A stretch of DNA of 56,761 nucleotides from Acutalibacteraceae bacterium (lineage in GTDB: Bacteria; Bacillota; Clostridia; Oscillospirales; Acutalibacteraceae). Both the position numbers and the translations under genes were made by a program. The notes beneath the pieces were generated by a model, which was not told the origin of the DNA, did not search any database, and was given only the letters and a program-made list of their open reading frames with translations. Shown here one piece after another: positions 16,299-25,619 of the stretch; position 1 is the stretch's first letter; every line of letters begins with the position of its first letter. Location of the stretch: the NCBI GenBank assembly GCA_045577905.1, contig JAZNJE010000123.1:1-56761 (forward strand). Direction: 5' to 3'.

Positions 16299-17158
16299 CA
16301 GCGCTCCTTAGCCACGAAGAAAAAGGCAATTGTTCCGGGACCGGAATGTGCGCCGATAACAGGACCGATATCGGTAATATGGGAAACCTCCACACCGCAT
16401 TTTTCTTTAAGCATATCTGCCAAGAGGTTGGCGTCGTCAATGCAGTCTCCGTGAGAAATCCAGGCGGGAGAACCCTGCTTTGCGGTGGAAATATATTTGT
16501 CGGCAAGGGCGTCAAGAGAGGCCTTTCTGCCCCTTGCAACGCTCATTTTAATAAGGTGTCCTTGGTCATCCATATGAAGAACAGGCTTTATTCCGAGAAG
16601 ACCGCCGACAAAGGCAACCGACGGACTTACTCTGCCGCCCCTCTTTAAATATTGGAGGTCATCGACCGTAAACCAATGTGCTAAGCAGGGTAGGGTCTCT
16701 CTTGCAAATTCGCAAAGTTGCTCAAATCCTTTGCCCTCGTCCCGTTCTTTTGCAACAAGGGATACCAAAAGCCCCTGTCCTGCCGAAGCGCAAAGGGTAT
16801 CGACAACCTCGATTTTTCTGTCAGGAAACTCCTCAGCAAGTTCCTCTGCCGCAAGTTTTGCGGAATTATAGGTGGTGCTGAGTCCCGAAGAAAAACCAAG
16901 ATACAAAATATCCTTGCCCTCCTTTAAATAGGGAGCAAAAAACTCCTTGAACTCGGAAATATTAATTGCGGCCGTCTTTGCAACCCCGCCGTTTCTCATG
17001 CGGTCATAGAATTCTTTTGTTTGAATGTCAAAATTCCCGTAGGATTTTTCCTCATCGTCAAAACGGAAGGTAAGAGGGACAAATCCGACCTTGATAGTAT
17101 TAAAAAAATCGGGCGTAAGGTCGCAGGCAGAATCGCTCAGAATAACAAAATCACTCAT
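16298..17158 (-). CDS. DegV-family fatty-acid-binding protein
   Basis: DegV N-terminus (ILSDSACDL). ATG at 17158 follows the RBS AGGAG; the ORF-track start at 17200 is unlikely. Confidence 0.85.
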   Translation of the reverse strand: MSDFVILSDSACDLTPDFFNTIKVGFVPLTFRFDDEEKSYGNFDIQTKEFYDRMRNGGVAKTAAINISEFKEFFAPYLKEGKDILYLGFSSGLSTTYNSAKLAAEELAEEFPDRKIEVVDTLCASAGQGLLVSLVAKERDEGKGFEQLCEFARETLPCLAHWFTVDDLQYLKRGGRVSPSVAFVGGLLGIKPVLHMDDQGHLIKMSVARGRKASLDALADKYISTAKQGSPAWISHGDCIDDANLLADMLKEKCGVEVSHITDIGPVIGAHSGPGTIAFFFVAKER

Positions 17159-17403
17159 AAAATGAACTCCTGTTGTGCAAAAAATTGAATCAGACCGCAA
17201 ATAACGGCCTCGTAAAGAGTATAGCCTAAAAGGACATATAATTAAACCTACCGATGGAAATTTCTGCTATATACATCAAAACCCGGTGGTAGAGTTGACA
17301 AAACAGACTCTACTGTCGGTAGAATAGCCAGAAAACAAAGGCTTGATTTAATAAAAGTTTTGTGGTAGAATACTAAAAAAGTAATCGTTGGAGAAAACGA
17401 AAA

Positions 17404-18015
17404 ATGAAAGATATAAAACCCGTTATTGCAAAAAATATAACCCGTCTTCGTGTGGCGGCAGGAATGACGCAGGTTGAACTTGCCGAAAAACTGAACTACT
17501 CAGACAAGGCGGTTTCAAAGTGGGAAAGAGGAGAGTCGGTTCCCGACGTGGCGGTGCTTTTGGAGGTTGCTGAACTTTTTGGGGTTACCCTTGACTATCT
17601 TGTGCGCCCTCAAAAAGAAGATGTTAAGGTTACACAACTCGGAAAAGACAAAAGGAGAAACAGAGGGCTCATTACCGGAATTTCGGTTGTTCTCGTTTGG
17701 CTTATTGCAACGGTTGCCTTTGTTTCAACCGATATTGCGTCGGTTGAGTTTTCATACCGTTGGCTGGCGTTCCTCTGGGCTGCGCCAGCATCTCTTGTTG
17801 TTTGGCTTGTTTTCAATTCGGTATGGTTTAATAAGTCGGTCAATTTTGCGATAATTTCCCTGCTTATGTGGACGACCCTTGCGGCAGTTTATCTGACCCT
17901 GCTCCTCGCCGCAAGTCTTAATTGGTGGATTTTGTTCGTACTTGGGATACCGGCACAGATAATTATCTTTATGTGGTCGGGAATCAAGGTAAGGAATAGA
18001 AATAAGGAGATATAA
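17404..18015 (+). CDS. XRE-family HTH regulator with a C-terminal multi-TM domain
   Basis: N-terminal HTH (MTQVELAEKLNYSDKAVSKWERG) followed by about four predicted TM helices. Confidence 0.75.
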   Translation: MKDIKPVIAKNITRLRVAAGMTQVELAEKLNYSDKAVSKWERGESVPDVAVLLEVAELFGVTLDYLVRPQKEDVKVTQLGKDKRRNRGLITGISVVLVWLIATVAFVSTDIASVEFSYRWLAFLWAAPASLVVWLVFNSVWFNKSVNFAIISLLMWTTLAAVYLTLLLAASLNWWILFVLGIPAQIIIFMWSGIKVRNRNKEI

Positions 18016-18275
18016 ATTTAGAGATATACATTATAAATAATGGTGCTTTTGTCGGCGCAAGAGTAACCGCCGCAAAGGAGTAAAAAGCCAAAATGTGCGC
18101 GTGTCACAGACAGAACCCCTCTGCGGTGTTTAAATTATAGCGGTTTTTATTAAATTTGCACTAATTTAGCCGCAAATTTTGTAGGAATTAACACTTTTCA
18201 ATTTCACTTTATCGTGCTAAAATGATATAAATGTTAAACGACATTAACAAACAAACTAAATAAAGGAGAATTTTT

Positions 18276-19430
18276 ATGAAATTCGCAAAGATTTTAGCAA
18301 TCGTAATGGCTCTCGTTCTTTGTGTAGGCTGCCTTGCAGGCTGCGGCGGTTACACTGCCAAGAATGAGAAAATCAAGATCGGCTTCTCTGGTCCTCTTAC
18401 CGGCCCTGCTGCAGTTTACGGCGTAGCTGTTCAGAACTCTGCTAAGATGGCTATTGATGAGATTAACGCTGCAGGCGGACTCGACGGAATCGAGTTTGAA
18501 CTTGTTGCTATGGACGACAAGCACGATGCTGCAAACGTTGCAACCAACTATGCAACCCTTCTTGAAGGCGGAATGCAGATTTCTCTCGGAACTGTTACCA
18601 CCGCTCCCGGACTTGAGTTCTCGAAACTCGCTGCTGAGGATAACGTATTCTTCCTCACACCTTCTGCTTCCGGCGACAAGATTCCTGAGTTTGACAACGG
18701 ATTCCAGATGTGCTTCGCAGACGGAAACCAGGGTGCAGTTGCTGCAGACTATGTAAACTCTCTCGGACTTTCTGAGATCGGTGTATTCTTCAAATCTGAT
18801 GACCCGTATTCAAAGGGTATCTATGATCAGTTCAAGGCAAAGCTCAACTCTTCTATCAATGTAGTTGAGACCGTATTCACCGGTGACCTTTCTGATGCTA
18901 CTACTCAGATCAACACCCTTAAGGACTGCAAGTTCATCTTCATGCCCATCTACTATCAGCCCGCTGCTATCTTCATGGATCAGGCTAAGTCTGTAATCGC
19001 TGCTGACGCTGTTTACTACGGCTGCGACGGTTTTGACGGTCTTGCAGGTCAACTTGACCTTTCTACCATTCCTCAAGAAATCTCCATGCTTTCTCACTTC
19101 GACTCTAATGCAACCACAGGTAAGGCAGCAGAGTTCATCAAGAAGTACACCGAAAAGTTCGGCACCGAGACCCTCAACCAGTTCGGCGCATCTGCTTATG
19201 ACTGCGTATATGCTATCTTTGAAGCATTAAAGGCTGCAAAGAAAGACGGCGAGAAATTCAATGTTAAGACCAAAGCTGAAGATTTCTGCGCTATCCTTAA
19301 AAAGCAGTTTGCCGGTGACTTCAAGTTCTCCGGTGTTACCGGTAAGGACGGCTCTGAAATTTCTTGGGAAGCTAACGGCTATGTAAATAAGGAAGCTGTT
19401 AAGTACGTTCTTAAAGAAGCAGACAAATAA
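18276..19430 (+). CDS. Branched-chain amino acid ABC transporter substrate-binding lipoprotein
   Basis: Lipobox LAGC, a type-I periplasmic binding fold signature, and position at the head of the livHMGF-type genes. Confidence 0.85.
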   Translation: MKFAKILAIVMALVLCVGCLAGCGGYTAKNEKIKIGFSGPLTGPAAVYGVAVQNSAKMAIDEINAAGGLDGIEFELVAMDDKHDAANVATNYATLLEGGMQISLGTVTTAPGLEFSKLAAEDNVFFLTPSASGDKIPEFDNGFQMCFADGNQGAVAADYVNSLGLSEIGVFFKSDDPYSKGIYDQFKAKLNSSINVVETVFTGDLSDATTQINTLKDCKFIFMPIYYQPAAIFMDQAKSVIAADAVYYGCDGFDGLAGQLDLSTIPQEISMLSHFDSNATTGKAAEFIKKYTEKFGTETLNQFGASAYDCVYAIFEALKAAKKDGEKFNVKTKAEDFCAILKKQFAGDFKFSGVTGKDGSEISWEANGYVNKEAVKYVLKEADK

Positions 19431-19511
19431 TTTTTGTCAGAGTGAAATAATATTACGATTTGCCGGTGCGGATTTTCGTTCCGGCAATTCGTTTCAGTTT
19501 AGGATGTTTTT

Positions 19512-20384
19512 ATGGAATTTATCGAAACATTGATAAGCGGTCTCAGCATAGGCGGAACCTACGCGATGATTGCTCTCGGCTACACTATGGTTTACGGCAT
19601 CGCAAAGATGCTTAACTTCGCTCACGGCGACGTTATCATGGTGGGCGCATATATGATTTTTGTGACAATGACTGCAAAGGGACACCCTCTTTTGGGCCTT
19701 CTTGGTGCGGTCTTGTTCTGCATACTGCTCGGTATCACAATCGAAAAGGTTGCTTACAAGCCTCTTCGAGGTGCATCACCCCTCGCTGTTCTTATAACTG
19801 CAATTGGTATGAGTTATTTGCTTCAGTCAACAGCCCAGATTATATTCGGCACAGCCCCTCAAAGAGCAAAAATTGCAGAGTTTGGCAGTATAAATATCGG
19901 TTCTGTGAGCATTCAAGTTTATACTCTCATAACCCTTGCCTGCTCGGTTGTAATAATGGTGGCGTTAAGTTTATTTATTAAATACACCAAGACAGGCCGT
20001 GCTATGATTGCTGTCTCTGAGGACAAGGGAGCCGCTCAACTTATGGGTATTAACGTAAATGCGATTATCTCTATAACCTTTGCGATAGGTTCGGGACTTG
20101 CAGCATTTGCAGGCTTCTTTATGCTTATGAAATCTCCTTATGTTACAAATACACTTGGTGCAATGCCCGGAATTAAGGCATTTACCGCAGCAGTTATCGG
20201 AGGAATCGGCTCCGTTCCGGGAGCAATGCTCGGTGGAATTTTAATGGGAATAGTAGAAGCCTTTGCATATACTGTTCCCGCAGTAGCACCCTACACCGAC
20301 GCTATTGAGTTCCTTATCCTCATCATAATACTTCTTGTACGTCCTTCGGGAATTCTCGGCAAGTTAAGAAGGGAGAAGGTATAA
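19512..20384 (+). CDS. livH: Branched-chain amino acid ABC permease (LivH type)
   Basis: Polytopic protein with typical LivH motifs. TAATG junction with the next gene. Confidence 0.85.
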   Translation: MEFIETLISGLSIGGTYAMIALGYTMVYGIAKMLNFAHGDVIMVGAYMIFVTMTAKGHPLLGLLGAVLFCILLGITIEKVAYKPLRGASPLAVLITAIGMSYLLQSTAQIIFGTAPQRAKIAEFGSINIGSVSIQVYTLITLACSVVIMVALSLFIKYTKTGRAMIAVSEDKGAAQLMGINVNAIISITFAIGSGLAAFAGFFMLMKSPYVTNTLGAMPGIKAFTAAVIGGIGSVPGAMLGGILMGIVEAFAYTVPAVAPYTDAIEFLILIIILLVRPSGILGKLRREKV

Positions 20385-21523
20385 TGGCTAAGACATCTGT
20401 TCTAAACCTCAAACACAATTTTAGTTATATTGTTATTGCAATAGTGACCATTGCCTTCGGCTCGGTTTCTCTTTTTGGAACGCTTCCTTCTTCGATTATC
20501 TATCTTCTTGAAAAAATTGCAATCGCTATAATGCTTGCGGTTTCCCTTTCAATGGTAGTAGGCTTCCTTGGAGAACTCTCGCTCGGCCACGCCGGATTTA
20601 TGTGCGTTGGCGCATATCTCGGTGGTAAGGTTTCGGCGGTCTTAGAGGCATCTATGGGCAAGGGCATCGGCAACCTATTGATATCGGTAGTTGTCGGAGG
20701 CGCCGTAGCGGCACTCTTCGGAGTTATTATCGGACTCCCTGCATTAAGACTCAAAGGAGACTATCTTGCAATCGTTACGCTCGCATTCGGCGAAATCGTA
20801 AGATCGGTATTTATGAATACAAGCGACGAAACTTTTGGCGGTGCAGACGGACTTGAAACCCCTCGGTTCCAGAAAAAAGAGTTGTTTATTATTGCCTTTG
20901 TTCTGGTTATCGTTTGTCTGTTTATAATTCAAAACCTTATTCGCTCTAAGCACGGTAGAGCAATTACTGCAATTCGCGATAACGAGATTGCCGCAAAGGC
21001 AACCGGAATCAACGTTACAAAGTATAAACTTGCTGTATTTACCGTGTCGGCACTTTTTGCCGGTGTTGCGGGCGTTCTTTACAGTTTTTCAAACTTTACG
21101 GTTCAGCCCGCAAAGTTCAGTTATAACTACTCGATTGAAATACTTGTAATGGTTGTTCTCGGAGGAATGGGAAGCATTAACGGTGCAATTATTGCGGCGG
21201 CACTCATTACCTATCTTGATACAACCCTCCAGACGGCTCTTACGGGAGAAATGGCAGTTCTGCAAGATCTGCTTTATGCGCTTATCCTTATTGTCATCGT
21301 TATTTACAACAATGCTCCCGCACTTAAAGGCTTCCGTGAGAAGTATAATTTTAAAAATCTCCTTACTAAAATATTCAGACCCAAGCACGATCCCTCAAAG
21401 GTTCACGACGACGAGCATAAGTGGGACCGAGTGCCTACAAAGATTGAGATGAACGAGGTTCTGTCGGTTGACATTCAACCCCAGATGTCCACCGTTGATC
21501 CCGATAAAAAGGAGGGTAAATAA
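20384..21523 (+). CDS. livM: Branched-chain amino acid ABC permease (LivM type)
   Basis: Polytopic protein in the expected operon position. Confidence 0.85.
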   Translation: MAKTSVLNLKHNFSYIVIAIVTIAFGSVSLFGTLPSSIIYLLEKIAIAIMLAVSLSMVVGFLGELSLGHAGFMCVGAYLGGKVSAVLEASMGKGIGNLLISVVVGGAVAALFGVIIGLPALRLKGDYLAIVTLAFGEIVRSVFMNTSDETFGGADGLETPRFQKKELFIIAFVLVIVCLFIIQNLIRSKHGRAITAIRDNEIAAKATGINVTKYKLAVFTVSALFAGVAGVLYSFSNFTVQPAKFSYNYSIEILVMVVLGGMGSINGAIIAAALITYLDTTLQTALTGEMAVLQDLLYALILIVIVIYNNAPALKGFREKYNFKNLLTKIFRPKHDPSKVHDDEHKWDRVPTKIEMNEVLSVDIQPQMSTVDPDKKEGK

Positions 21524-22293
21524 TGTCTCAAATTATCCTCAAAACAGAAAATCTCGGAATATCGTTCGGCGGACTTAAAGCCGTATCCGACCTTAATATC
21601 GAGATAAAGAAAAAGCAACTCTACGGCCTTGTCGGACCTAACGGTGCGGGAAAAACCACCGTTTTCAATATGTTGACCGGCGTTTACAAGCCCACAACGG
21701 GAAAAATTTATCTTGACGGCGACGACATTACCGGAAAAAATCAGGAGACAATAAACCACAAGGGTATTGCGAGAACATTCCAGAACATCCGTCTTTTCAA
21801 CAATATGACGGTTATCAGAAATGTGCTTGTAGGACTTCATAATCAGCCCGAATTCAAGTGCAGTATGATTGAAAGTATGTTCCGTCTGCCTCGCCACTTT
21901 AAGGTGGAGAAGGCCATGCGCGAGCGTGCAAAGGAAATACTCGAAATAGTAGGTCTTTTGGAGGAAAGAAACTTCCTTTCCTGCAATCTTCCCTACGGAA
22001 AACAGAGAAAACTTGAAATTGCAAGAGCCCTTGCAACAAATCCGAAACTTCTTTTGCTTGACGAGCCTGCCGCAGGTATGAACCCGCACGAAACAGAGGA
22101 CCTTATGGCAATCGTTCGCCGCATACGTGACGAGTTCGATATGACGGTGCTTCTTATCGAGCACGATATGAAGTTCGTTTCGGGCCTTTGTGACGAGGTA
22201 ACCGTTCTTAATTTCGGTACGGTGCTTGCACAGGGCGACTGTGAAACGGCACTTAACGACCCCGAGGTTGTTCGGGCATATATCGGAGGATAA
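21523..22293 (+). CDS. livG: ABC transporter ATP-binding protein (LivG type)
   Basis: Walker A GPNGAGKTT, signature motif, Walker B LLLLDEP. Confidence 0.9.
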   Translation: MSQIILKTENLGISFGGLKAVSDLNIEIKKKQLYGLVGPNGAGKTTVFNMLTGVYKPTTGKIYLDGDDITGKNQETINHKGIARTFQNIRLFNNMTVIRNVLVGLHNQPEFKCSMIESMFRLPRHFKVEKAMRERAKEILEIVGLLEERNFLSCNLPYGKQRKLEIARALATNPKLLLLDEPAAGMNPHETEDLMAIVRRIRDEFDMTVLLIEHDMKFVSGLCDEVTVLNFGTVLAQGDCETALNDPEVVRAYIGG

Positions 22294-22297
22294 CGCT

Positions 22298-23008
22298 ATG
22301 GCATTGCTTGAAGTTAAAGATTTACGGGTTTTCTACGGCGTTATTGAAGCCATTAAAGGAATTTCCTTTGAGGTTAACGAGGGAGAAATTGTTACCCTTA
22401 TCGGAGCAAACGGCGCAGGAAAAACCACCACAATGCAGTCTATTATCGGACTTATTCCCAAAAGAGGCGGAAGCGTTGTTTTTGACGGTTCCGACATTAC
22501 AAAAACACCCTGCCACAAGATTATTCGTCTCGGAATGGCACAGGTCCCCGAAGGAAGAAGAATTTTCCAAGAACTTACAGTTTACGAAAATCTTTTAATG
22601 GGCGGATTTTCCGAGAAGGATAAGGGCAGAATAAAGAAGGACATAGAGGCAATCTATGAGCGTTTTCCCCGACTTTCGGAGCGCCGCAACCAAATTGCAG
22701 GAACCCTTTCGGGCGGAGAACAGCAAATGCTCGCAATGGGACGTGCTATGATGAGCCATCCCAAACTTCTTCTGCTTGATGAGCCTTCTATGGGACTCAG
22801 CCCTCTGCTTGTTGATCAGGTTTTTGACATTATAAAGGCATTCCGTGATGACGGAACAACCGTTTTGCTGGTTGAGCAGAACGCAGGAAAGAGCCTTGCA
22901 ATTTCCGACAGAGCCTATGTTTTGGAACTCGGACAAATCGTTCTTACGGGAACAGGTGCGGAACTTGCCGCAAGTGACGAGGTTAAAAAGGCTTATCTTG
23001 GCGGCTAA
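22298..23008 (+). CDS. livF: ABC transporter ATP-binding protein (LivF type)
   Basis: Walker A GANGAGKTT, LSGGEQQ, LLLLDEP. The ATG at 22298 begins MALLEVKDL. Confidence 0.9.
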   Translation: MALLEVKDLRVFYGVIEAIKGISFEVNEGEIVTLIGANGAGKTTTMQSIIGLIPKRGGSVVFDGSDITKTPCHKIIRLGMAQVPEGRRIFQELTVYENLLMGGFSEKDKGRIKKDIEAIYERFPRLSERRNQIAGTLSGGEQQMLAMGRAMMSHPKLLLLDEPSMGLSPLLVDQVFDIIKAFRDDGTTVLLVEQNAGKSLAISDRAYVLELGQIVLTGTGAELAASDEVKKAYLGG

Positions 23009-23059
23009 CACATACAAAATGGGCGAACTTTGTTCGCCCTTTTTTGAAAGGAAAATCTT

Positions 23060-23824
23060 ATGAAAATAGCAATCATTACGGGCGCGTCAAGCGGAATGGG
23101 CAGAGAGTTCGTCCGCAGGATAGCCGACACAAAAAATCTCGACGAAATATGGGTCATTGCCCGCCGCCGAGAGAGACTTGAAGAACTTGACGGTCAGATG
23201 AAAACCAAGGTCAGGGCAATTCCGCTTGACCTTACAAAAAACGAGTCTTTCGAGGAATTAAAGGGTTTGCTTGACTCCGAAAGGCCGGAGGTTGAAGTCC
23301 TTGTTAACGCAAGCGGTTTTGGAGTTTTTGAGGAGTTTTTGAAGATTCCACTTTCACAGCAACTTGATATGATTGACCTGAACGATAAGGCTCTTGTTGC
23401 CGTAACCTACACCGTTTTGCCCTATATGGGTCGGGGCAGCGAGGTATATCAGATAGGCTCCCTTTCGTCTTTCCAACCGGTTCCCTATATCGCAACCTAC
23501 GGCGCAAGCAAGGCCTTTGTACTTTCATTTACAAGGGCGGTAAATGCCGAGTATAAGAAAAAGGGCATAAAAATGATGGCGGTCTGTCCCGGTTGGGTAA
23601 GAACCGAGTTTTTTGATACCGCAGTGGTTGACGATTCGGTAATCGTATATTATAACCAGTTCTTCACAGCAGAGCAGGTTGTAGAAAGAGCCATCAAAGA
23701 TATGAAAAAAGGCAAAGATGTCTCGGTTGTAGGTCCGATGATTCGGCTTCAAGTTCTTGCAACAAAACTTCTGCCCCACAAACTTGTTATGTGGATATGG
23801 CTAAAACAACAGAAGAAATTATAA
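23060..23824 (+). CDS. Short-chain dehydrogenase/reductase (SDR)
   Basis: TGASSGMG cofactor motif and the YxxxK catalytic motif (YGASK). Confidence 0.85.
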   Translation: MKIAIITGASSGMGREFVRRIADTKNLDEIWVIARRRERLEELDGQMKTKVRAIPLDLTKNESFEELKGLLDSERPEVEVLVNASGFGVFEEFLKIPLSQQLDMIDLNDKALVAVTYTVLPYMGRGSEVYQIGSLSSFQPVPYIATYGASKAFVLSFTRAVNAEYKKKGIKMMAVCPGWVRTEFFDTAVVDDSVIVYYNQFFTAEQVVERAIKDMKKGKDVSVVGPMIRLQVLATKLLPHKLVMWIWLKQQKKL

Positions 23825-23825
23825 A

Positions 23826-23872
23826 AACAAAACGGTCGGGGATTTGTGGTGAACTGCCCCGACCGTTTCTTT
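23826..23872. terminator. Bidirectional terminator between the SDR gene and the phage-like locus
   Basis: An 11-bp stem AACGGTCGGGG/CCCCGACCGTT is flanked by A and T runs. Confidence 0.7.
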
Positions 23873-24868
23873 TTATGCTTTTTTGATTATCCTTATCTGC
23901 AAACGGTCAATTTTCTTGCCGTAAACACCTGCATAATCATTGTTATCGGTTACCCACGGATAGTAACTGCCGCCGACCCTTGACACTCGGCACTGAACAG
24001 AGTAAGAAGGCTCGCCCAAAAGCCGTACCCTAACACAGTCAATATCCTTGCCGATGATTCCGGCATAATCCTCTCGGTTTTTAACCCAAGGGAGCCACCT
24101 TCCGCCGAGGGTGTGAACCTGATATTCAATATCCCCTTCGGTCAGTTCGGCATATATGCATTGGATATCCTGCCTCGGCAGTCCTGCATAGTCGCTCTCT
24201 CCGTTTACATTGGGAAGCCAACCGCGTTCGGCGGTATATACCTGATAGAGAACGTCCGGCAGAGCGACCGACTGAGGCTTACAACTCTTCTTTTTGAGTC
24301 CGCAACGGGAGATCAAAACCTCGCTGATTGCCTCGGCACACTGATTTGCGTATTTCTCGCTCAAAATAATCGGAACATCTGCCACCGAGTCCATAAAGCC
24401 AAGTTCAAGCAAGACAGCAGGCATATCGGTCTCTCGCAGTTCGTGAAAATCGGCGGTTGCAAGAGGATTGGCACGGTTGCCCCGAAGCCCGGTTTTGCGG
24501 ATAAGTGCGTTATAAAAATCCACCTTCCAATCGGCGGTTACGGTGTCGGTCGAGGTATATGTGTAGGCAACAATACCACCGCCCGAGCCACCGTTGATAC
24601 CGGCATTATGGTGAATTGAAAGATAAAGATGAGCACCCCATTTATTTGCGGTATCGGTTCTCTTTTTAAGGGAAACGTTGACCTTGCCTGTTATGTCATC
24701 AACCCTTATAAGTTCCGCCCCGTCATATTCCGATAAAATGGCTTGTACCTTATCGCAAATACGGGAGTTAAGGCTCCATTCCCTTGTTTCGTTCGGGTCA
24801 ATAGACTTTAAACATCTTTTACCGGCGGAATAAAGTCCGTGACCGGCGCTAAGAGCAATTTTAAACAC
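23873..24868 (-). CDS. Endolysin: N-acetylmuramoyl-L-alanine amidase (Amidase_3) with three C-terminal ChW-like repeats
   Basis: Catalytic-domain motifs SAGHG, SIHHNAG and ELGFMDS. The repeat Y.V....G.WLPWV......AG..G..ID is present three times. GTG start follows AAGGAG. Confidence 0.85.
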   Translation of the reverse strand: MFKIALSAGHGLYSAGKRCLKSIDPNETREWSLNSRICDKVQAILSEYDGAELIRVDDITGKVNVSLKKRTDTANKWGAHLYLSIHHNAGINGGSGGGIVAYTYTSTDTVTADWKVDFYNALIRKTGLRGNRANPLATADFHELRETDMPAVLLELGFMDSVADVPIILSEKYANQCAEAISEVLISRCGLKKKSCKPQSVALPDVLYQVYTAERGWLPNVNGESDYAGLPRQDIQCIYAELTEGDIEYQVHTLGGRWLPWVKNREDYAGIIGKDIDCVRVRLLGEPSYSVQCRVSRVGGSYYPWVTDNNDYAGVYGKKIDRLQIRIIKKA

Positions 24869-24870
24869 AG

Positions 24871-25131
24871 TTATTCTCCTTTTTCAATAAAAATCTTGAA
24901 TGTTTGATGCAGTCCGGTGGATGCGAGACCCGAAACAAGACCGCCGAGCAAAACTTGGGGGGTAAAAACGAATCTGTTTAGCCAAAAAGCAAGAACTAAA
25001 CCTATTGTTCCCATAATAAGCGGAATGTAGCGGTTAATTTTATCCCCGGGCAAAATATTCTTTATAATATATCCTACGCAAAGACATATTCCAATAATGA
25101 TAAACTCAAAATAATCTTTTAAAAATTCCAT
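24871..25131 (-). CDS. Phage holin
   Basis: 86 aa with 2-3 TM helices and a charged C-terminus, immediately upstream of the endolysin. Confidence 0.7.
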   Translation of the reverse strand: MEFLKDYFEFIIIGICLCVGYIIKNILPGDKINRYIPLIMGTIGLVLAFWLNRFVFTPQVLLGGLVSGLASTGLHQTFKIFIEKGE

Positions 25132-25135
25132 AAAT

Positions 25136-25384
25136 CTAACCTCCTTTGTGAAATTCTTCCAAATCTGCTATTCGGTGGTTTACAACCTTGATTTCTTCGT
25201 TTTGGACGGCATCGCTTTTTTCAAGTTCGCCGACCCGTTCAATCACACGGTTGTGCTTTTCAACCTTTTTTTCAAGTTGCTCTATTCGGTAAAGGGCAAG
25301 CCTGTTGGAAACAAGGATGCCACCAAAGGTGCCGAAAAGGGTACCGATAAGAGAAATTATACTGACAGTAAGTGCTTCGCTCAT
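25136..25384 (-). CDS. XhlA-like TM plus coiled-coil lysis accessory protein
   Basis: 82 aa with an N-terminal TM helix and a heptad-rich tail (IEQLEKKVEKHNRVIERVGELEKSDAVQNEEIK). Its position before the holin and amidase matches the PBSX xhlA-xhlB-xlyA arrangement. Confidence 0.5.
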   Translation of the reverse strand: MSEALTVSIISLIGTLFGTFGGILVSNRLALYRIEQLEKKVEKHNRVIERVGELEKSDAVQNEEIKVVNHRIADLEEFHKGG

Positions 25385-25617
25385 AAAAGGGACCTCTCCT
25401 CATTTTTTATTTTCTCAACAAAACTATTGTACTCTGCAAATTCTTCGGGTTTAGTATCCCTCTGCCTGAGTATTGCGAGTTCATCATCAACCGAATAGAC
25501 CTCACGAATGCGGTTTACCACCCTCTGCTCATAAGGAACAGGAGGAATATCTTTCTGCATTTGGGCAATTTCTTCCTCGGTCATATCTCTGTAAATTCCA
25601 TTATCATATATTCTCAT
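25381..25617 (-). CDS. Small tail-fibre-associated protein (XkdW-like)
   Basis: 78 aa with the motif DDELAILRQRD..PEEFAEYN, which is common downstream of fibre genes in Firmicute prophages. The ATG lies 2 nt after the fibre stop. Confidence 0.45.
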   Translation of the reverse strand: MRIYDNGIYRDMTEEEIAQMQKDIPPVPYEQRVVNRIREVYSVDDELAILRQRDTKPEEFAEYNSFVEKIKNEERSLL

Positions 25618-25619
25618 TT

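Noticed and set aside
18175-18189. AATTTTGTAGGAATT upstream of the liv-type operon as a CodY box
   Set aside because: It has four mismatches to AATTTTCWGAAAATT in the central positions, which is not distinguishable from AT-rich background by eye.
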